Positions 16,010 through 20,000 of a stretch of DNA of 20,000 nucleotides are shown piece after piece. Source of the DNA: an uncultured virus (IMG/VR IMGVR_UViG_2721755777_000003) (Duplodnaviria; Heunggongvirae; Uroviricota; Caudoviricetes); the IMG/VR virus record IMGVR_UViG_2721755777_000003, positions 106,096-126,095 of that record; one strand, 5' to 3'. The notes beneath the pieces were generated by a model that saw only the letters and a program-made list of their open reading frames with translations, did not search any database and was not told the DNA's origin. The position numbers and the translations under genes were made by a program. Within the stretch, counting starts at the first letter, position 1, and the number at the start of each line of letters is the position of its first letter.

Positions 16010-16080
16010 AGGAGGTGGTTATGTTCTAGTTAAAATATAAATTTTATTCAATTTACAGCATTCAAAAACAGAGATAACAA

Positions 16081-16138
16081 GAGCATATGTGAGATAAAGA
16101 GAGATTGGGATTTGTCCCCTTCTCTCTTTTTTGTGCTC
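16081..16138 (+). terminator. Extended stem-loop/terminator upstream of the endolysin
   Basis: Inner stem AAAGAGAGA-TT-GGGA-TTTG-TCCC-CT-TCTCTCTTT with a T run; outer pairing of GAGCATA (16081) with TGTGCTC (16132-16138). Confidence 0.6.
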
Positions 16139-16167
16139 AAATTTAATTTTTAGGAGAGATGTTTAAT

Positions 16168-17214
16168 ATGGCTATTCAAGTAAGAGAAAATCTTGTCTCA
16201 ACCAGCAAATACTCTATTAAGTGTCCGTATACGTTATCAGCCTCTTATATTACATTTCATAACACAGCCAATGATGCATCTGCAGACGCTGAAATTCGCT
16301 ACATGATCGGCAACAACAATGAAGTTTCTTATCACTTCGCCGTTGATGATGAAGAGGTCGTCCAAGGCTTACCTACAAATCGAAACGCATGGCACACTGG
16401 TGATGGATCAGGTGCGAATTCAGGAAACCGTACTTCTATTGGTGTAGAGGTTTGCTACTCCAAATCAGGTGGAGAGCGCTACAGAAAAGCTGAAGCGTTG
16501 GCTATTAAGTTTATTGCACAACTCCTTAAAGAACGTGGCTGGGGTGTGGATCGAGTTAAAAAGCATCAAGAATGGTCTGGCAAGTACTGCCCGCATCGAG
16601 TTCTTGATGAAGGTCGTTGGAATGCTGTTAAAGCTGCTATTGCTGCTGAATTGAAAACACTGGACGGAAATACTTCTTCCTCATCTTCAAAGCCAACAAA
16701 CGTTGTTAAAACAAATGGTTCTTATGTTAAAAACACAGTTATCGCTGACAGTCTTAATGTGAGAACCCAACGCAATGCAAACTCCTCTATTGTACTCGCT
16801 CTTCCTAAAGGCTCCACTGTCCAATACCAAAAAGGATCAACTCAAAATGGTTGGGGATATATCAAATATACAAACTCTAAAGGTGCTACATACAGCGGTT
16901 ACGTAAATGTGAAATACATTAAAAGTGATGCTGAACTTGGACAATCAACCCCAAAGCCTAAATCCACTTCTAAGCCTAAAAGCAGTGGTATCAAATCTGT
17001 AGGCAAAATTAAAATTGTCGGTGTACAAAGCGCTGCAATCGTTATGGACAGACCCGATAAAAACAAAGCGAAGAATCTCGGCACTGTGAAGCTAGGTGAC
17101 ACACTCAGCATTTCTGGCTCAGTGAAAGGGTCAAACAATGCTAAGGGTTACTGGGAAGTTATCTACAAAGGTAAACGCGGCTACATCTCAGGACAATTTG
17201 GGTCAAAAATCTAA
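16168..17214 (+). CDS. Endolysin, N-acetylmuramoyl-L-alanine amidase (Amidase_2; CwlA/XlyA-like catalytic domain) with two SH3-like cell-wall-binding domains
   Basis: SD AGGAGA (16152-16157) favours ATG 16168. Zn-amidase motifs YITFHNTANDASA, SYHFAVDD, NAWHTGDG, SIGVEVC and KHQEWSGKYCP. SH3b-like segment ADSLNVRTQ...GWGYI...GYVN. BlyA-like C-terminus. Confidence 0.92.
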   Translation: MAIQVRENLVSTSKYSIKCPYTLSASYITFHNTANDASADAEIRYMIGNNNEVSYHFAVDDEEVVQGLPTNRNAWHTGDGSGANSGNRTSIGVEVCYSKSGGERYRKAEALAIKFIAQLLKERGWGVDRVKKHQEWSGKYCPHRVLDEGRWNAVKAAIAAELKTLDGNTSSSSSKPTNVVKTNGSYVKNTVIADSLNVRTQRNANSSIVLALPKGSTVQYQKGSTQNGWGYIKYTNSKGATYSGYVNVKYIKSDAELGQSTPKPKSTSKPKSSGIKSVGKIKIVGVQSAAIVMDRPDKNKAKNLGTVKLGDTLSISGSVKGSNNAKGYWEVIYKGKRGYISGQFGSKI

Positions 17215-17270
17215 ATATATTTAAATATCTTTGAGGATGATTGTAGCTCAAAGTGTATCAATAATTATTT

Positions 17271-17302
17271 AGGAGGTGATGTGTCATTACCTCCTATTTT
17301 TT
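17271..17302 (+). terminator. Terminator-like hairpin between the endolysin and the holin genes
   Basis: AGGAGGTGAT-GTGTC-ATTACCTCCT stem followed by ATTTTTT. Confidence 0.65.
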
Positions 17303-17320
17303 ATGGAGGATGATTGCATT

Positions 17321-17692
17321 GTGGCTGAAAAAGAAAATTATGAAGTTTTAAAGACCGAGGTCTCTCATATTAAAGAACGTCTTAAAGAACAAGCAGAAGA
17401 TAGAAAAATCATGTTAGAAACACAAAAAACAACAAGTGAATCGCTCATTAGGCTTACAACTGTTGTTGAGAATCAGGAAAAAAACCTTGTTGAAACAAAA
17501 AATTTGTTCACCACTGAGATAGCTGGATTAAGAAATGAATTTCAGCAAGTTAATCAGTCGCAGACAAAGTGGCTTCAAAACTTATTAGAAGGAACATTCG
17601 GAAAGACATTAAAGATTTTAGTTTTAATTATTCTCTTACTGCTTGGTGCAGAGATCGCTGGTGTTGATATCACTAAATTAGCTAATTTATAA
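17321..17692 (+). CDS. Coiled-coil protein with C-terminal TM anchor (XhlA/BhlA-like holin-associated lysis protein)
   Basis: SD GGAGGA (17305-17310) plus GTG at 17321 gives 123 aa. Heptad-rich body and hydrophobic ILVLIILLLLGAEIAG. Located between the endolysin and the holin. Confidence 0.6.
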   Translation: MAEKENYEVLKTEVSHIKERLKEQAEDRKIMLETQKTTSESLIRLTTVVENQEKNLVETKNLFTTEIAGLRNEFQQVNQSQTKWLQNLLEGTFGKTLKILVLIILLLLGAEIAGVDITKLANL

Positions 17693-17704
17693 GGAGACGA
17701 TTTA

Positions 17705-17956
17705 ATGACTAAAATTAACTGGAAAGTAAGACTAAAAAAGAAAACATTCCTGGTTGCAATCTTCTCTGCAACTCTTTTGTTTGCACAAGCTATTGCATCT
17801 GCTTTTGGATACGATATTTCTGTATTTAGCGATGATCTTACTGAGAAATTTAATGCTTTGCTTACATTTCTAACTGCAATGGGGGTTGTAGTGGATCCAA
17901 CCACTACAGGTATCTCAGACAGCGATCAAGCAATGGAATACACAGAACCAAAATAA
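17705..17956 (+). CDS. Phage holin, phiLC3 family
   Basis: 83 aa, SD AAGGAG. Signature INWKVRLKKKTF...GVVVDPTTTGISDS with two TM segments. Confidence 0.9.
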   Translation: MTKINWKVRLKKKTFLVAIFSATLLFAQAIASAFGYDISVFSDDLTEKFNALLTFLTAMGVVVDPTTTGISDSDQAMEYTEPK

Positions 17957-17959
17957 CTT

Positions 17960-17983
17960 GGGGAGTTTGTCTCCCCTTTTTTT
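17960..17983 (+). terminator. Rho-independent terminator ending the lysis module
   Basis: GGGGAG-TTTGT-CTCCCC followed by T7. Confidence 0.85.
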
Positions 17984-18009
17984 CATTTTCAAGAAGAAAG
18001 GAATGATTT

Positions 18010-18297
18010 TTGATCATGCAAATAGGATCTGGATATATCGGAAGTCCAATGCTTGAGAAGTCAGAATCTAACCATGAAGTAATCCCTTCCCCACCTGCAA
18101 CCTGGACGATTAAATATTCTTTCTATAAATTCAGCTTTTCGAATGATCAGGAATGCCACGTATCAATCAATGGTGGCGATCCTATCTATTTAAGAGCTGG
18201 ACAAGGCTTTCAAATGGACGCTCATGATTCACCTATCACAAGCTTTAAAATTTCTGAGTCAGGAATAATATATAACTTTTTGGGGGCGCATAAATGA
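18010..18297 (+). CDS. Hypothetical small beta-rich protein (95 aa)
   Basis: SD AAAGGA plus TTG 18010 (or ATG 18016). Its stop overlaps the next start (ATGA). Confidence 0.7.
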   Translation: MIMQIGSGYIGSPMLEKSESNHEVIPSPPATWTIKYSFYKFSFSNDQECHVSINGGDPIYLRAGQGFQMDAHDSPITSFKISESGIIYNFLGAHK

Positions 18298-18572
18298 GTT
18301 TCTTCAATCCAATGGTTAATGTCTCAATTGTCACTGGGAAATCTGCTTATGATATTGCAGTGGACAATGGTTTTTCAGGAACTGTAGAGGAATGGTTAGC
18401 ATCATTAAAAGGTGAAAAAGGCGACACTGGAGCTACAGGTGCAACCGGGGTTAAAGGTGCTACTGGCGCTGCCGGTAAAGATGGAAAATCAGCATATGAA
18501 TTAGCCGTTCAACAAGGTTTCTCTGGAACATTAGATGAGTGGCTTGCTTCTCTAAAAGCAACAGCAAATTGA
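18294..18572 (+). CDS. Mini collagen-like protein with a duplicated GKSAY...WLASLK motif
   Basis: 92 aa: GKSAYDIAVDNGFSGTVEEWLASLK, then (Gly-X-Y)8, then GKSAYELAVQQGFSGTLDEWLASLK. Confidence 0.8.
   Translation: MSFFNPMVNVSIVTGKSAYDIAVDNGFSGTVEEWLASLKGEKGDTGATGATGVKGATGAAGKDGKSAYELAVQQGFSGTLDEWLASLKATAN
18336..18557 (+). repeat. Intragenic 75-bp degenerate direct repeat flanking a collagen tract
   Basis: Copies at 18336-18410 and 18483-18557 encode near-identical 25-aa motifs with many synonymous differences. Confidence 0.75.
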
Positions 18573-18576
18573 TCAT

Positions 18577-18608
18577 ATACCCTTCTCTAACGAGGAGGGT
18601 ATTTTTTT
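18577..18608 (+). terminator. Rho-independent terminator
   Basis: ATACCCTTCTC-TAAC-GAGGAGGGTAT followed by a T run. Confidence 0.85.
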
Positions 18609-18662
18609 CGTTTCGTTCATAATCAAATTATTGATTTGTTTTTAATTTTCACTCAAATTCCC

Positions 18663-18696
18663 TTTACATTTCTTTCCTCCAGTGCAACTATATAAT
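18663..18696 (+). promoter_or_regulatory. Candidate rap promoter (-10 element)
   Basis: Perfect TATAAT at 18691-18696. The best -35 match, TTTACA (18663-18668), is 22 bp away, which is non-canonical. Confidence 0.4.
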
Positions 18697-18723
18697 AAAA
18701 TGGATTTGAAAGGGGTTTAGGAC

Positions 18724-19884
18724 TTGAAGAACGAAAAGGTCATTCCTTATGATTTAGTAGCAACAAAGATGAATCATTGGTATGTGGCTATTAAAAAGAA
18801 TTGGGTCGGTAGAGCAGAAGAAATGCGTAAAGAAGTTATGCAGGAAATAAAAATTATGGAAGAAAACCAAGATGTTTTACTATACTGCTCCCTACTTGAG
18901 TTTAGACATAAGCTAATGTTGGCATATATGTATCCTAACGCTATAAAAGACATTGAGAAAAATTATGGTGAGTTAAAAGCATATGAAGGCCATGAAAACT
19001 TAACAGGAATGCTCGAATATTACTATTATTTTTTCATGGGCATGTTCTATTTTAGACAAAAGGAGTTGGCATTCTCCCTTAATCACTATAGACAAGCTGA
19101 GAGATATTTGGATTCAATTGAGAGCGAAGATATTGAAGTTGAAAAAGCTGAATTTTATTTTAAATTGTCAGAAGTGTATTACCACATGAAACAGACTTAT
19201 TTTTCAATGAATTATGCCATGAGGGCTTACGATATATTTAAAAAGCAACCTGCTATTGACGGGAGCCCTACATACGGGGTACAAAAGGTACGCTGTCAAT
19301 TCGTCATATTTGGTAATTTATTGGACAGTATGAAGTTTGATGAAGCTTTAAAGCAAGCATACAAAGCGTATCAGGAAGCAGTAGAGCTAAACAAAAGTGA
19401 AAAGAATCGTGGGCATTTGATGCGTTCAGCACTGTTTAATATTGGATTATGTTATAATCAAATGGAAGAACTTGATAAAGCATTTTTTCACTTTAATAAG
19501 TCACTTCAAATCATTGAGCCGGAAAATCATGATTACGCTGCTAAAACATTATTTGTTATCTCCTTCTTAAAGGGAAGGCAAAATGACATTGAAAACGCAA
19601 AAAAATTTTATGAACAGGCCAAACAGTTGGCTGAACGGCATAACAATGAAATGGTACTTGAAAAGTTAAAAATGGTTAAAGGACTTTTCTTGGACTATGA
19701 TTTAGACTTAGTTAGGAAAACATTCGAGTTCTTCAAAGAAAGAAGTATATACCCTGACATGGAAAGCTATGGTGTCTCTGTAGCAGATTTTCTCACTGGA
19801 AAACAGGATGCTTGGGGTGCAGTTGAATTTTATCGTTTGGCAAATGAAGCAAGAAGACAAATCAAAAGGGGAGAAGCAATATGA
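18724..19884 (+). CDS. rap: Rap-family response regulator aspartate phosphatase / TPR peptide receptor (RapK/RapI-like)
   Basis: 386 aa, SD AAAGGGG plus TTG. Rap motifs IPYDLVATKMNHWY, MEENQDVLLYCSLLEFRH, GMLEYYYYFFMGMFYF, EKAEFYFKLSEVYYHMKQTYFSMNY and ARRQIKRGE. Confidence 0.93.
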   Translation: MKNEKVIPYDLVATKMNHWYVAIKKNWVGRAEEMRKEVMQEIKIMEENQDVLLYCSLLEFRHKLMLAYMYPNAIKDIEKNYGELKAYEGHENLTGMLEYYYYFFMGMFYFRQKELAFSLNHYRQAERYLDSIESEDIEVEKAEFYFKLSEVYYHMKQTYFSMNYAMRAYDIFKKQPAIDGSPTYGVQKVRCQFVIFGNLLDSMKFDEALKQAYKAYQEAVELNKSEKNRGHLMRSALFNIGLCYNQMEELDKAFFHFNKSLQIIEPENHDYAAKTLFVISFLKGRQNDIENAKKFYEQAKQLAERHNNEMVLEKLKMVKGLFLDYDLDLVRKTFEFFKERSIYPDMESYGVSVADFLTGKQDAWGAVEFYRLANEARRQIKRGEAI

Positions 19885-20000
19885 AAACTAAACTATTTAT
19901 CTGTGCAGTTCTATTATTCGGCGTTGCCGGAACAGTGGGTGCTTCCTATCTCCAACAACAAAATGATACGTTCAAGGTTGCTGAAAGAGCCGAAACGTAA
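19881..20000 (+). CDS. phr: Phr signalling pre-peptide (39 aa; predicted mature ERAET or AERAET)
   Basis: ATGA overlap with the rap stop and SD AAGGGGAG inside rap. Translation MKTKLFICAVLLFGVAGTVGASYLQQQNDTFKVAERAET*: signal peptide, then KVA-ERAET with Arg at position 2 of the pentapeptide. Not in the ORF track. Confidence 0.9.
   Translation: MKTKLFICAVLLFGVAGTVGASYLQQQNDTFKVAERAET

Noticed and set aside
17276..17320. N-terminal extension / dual-start motif of the 138-aa ORF
   Set aside because: The upstream starts lie inside the hairpin, overlapping or only ~2 nt from the SD; GTG 17321 has proper SD spacing.
19803..19830. Possible sigmaH promoter for phr inside rap (ACAGGA...GTTGAATTT)
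   Set aside because: The position is plausible, but AGGA-to-GAAT spacing is 16 nt, shorter than the usual 17-18; not supportable without TSS data.
18724..20000. Arbitrium (AimR/AimP) interpretation of the TPR protein and peptide
   Set aside because: The N-terminus is a Rap helical bundle (EENQD...FRH), not an HTH, and the peptide is Phr-like rather than AimP-like (SAIRGA/GMPRGA).

Overview
Late (tail and lysis) region and adjacent accessory region of an SPbeta-like Bacillus temperate phage or prophage. All supported genes are on the + strand. Gene order: 3' end of an upstream gene, yomK-like and yomJ-like membrane proteins, the giant tape measure/CwlP (YomI) with SLT and M23 domains, YomH-like distal tail protein, an extended YomG-like tail protein ending in a GH113-like TIM barrel, YomF-like protein, a phi29 gp12-type beta-helix tailspike with a Peptidase G2 chaperone, an apparently chimeric amidase endolysin, a membrane-anchored coiled-coil protein, an LC3-type holin, a two-gene cassette encoding a mini collagen-like protein, and a RapK/RapI-like Rap with an unannotated 39-codon Phr pre-peptide ending in ERAET. 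The main points of interest are the phage-borne Rap-Phr pair, the GH113-like tail domain with Asn at the expected acid/base Glu, the swapped receptor-binding and lysis modules, and structured intergenic elements around the endolysin. Family assignments come from recalled sequences and motifs; no database search was run.
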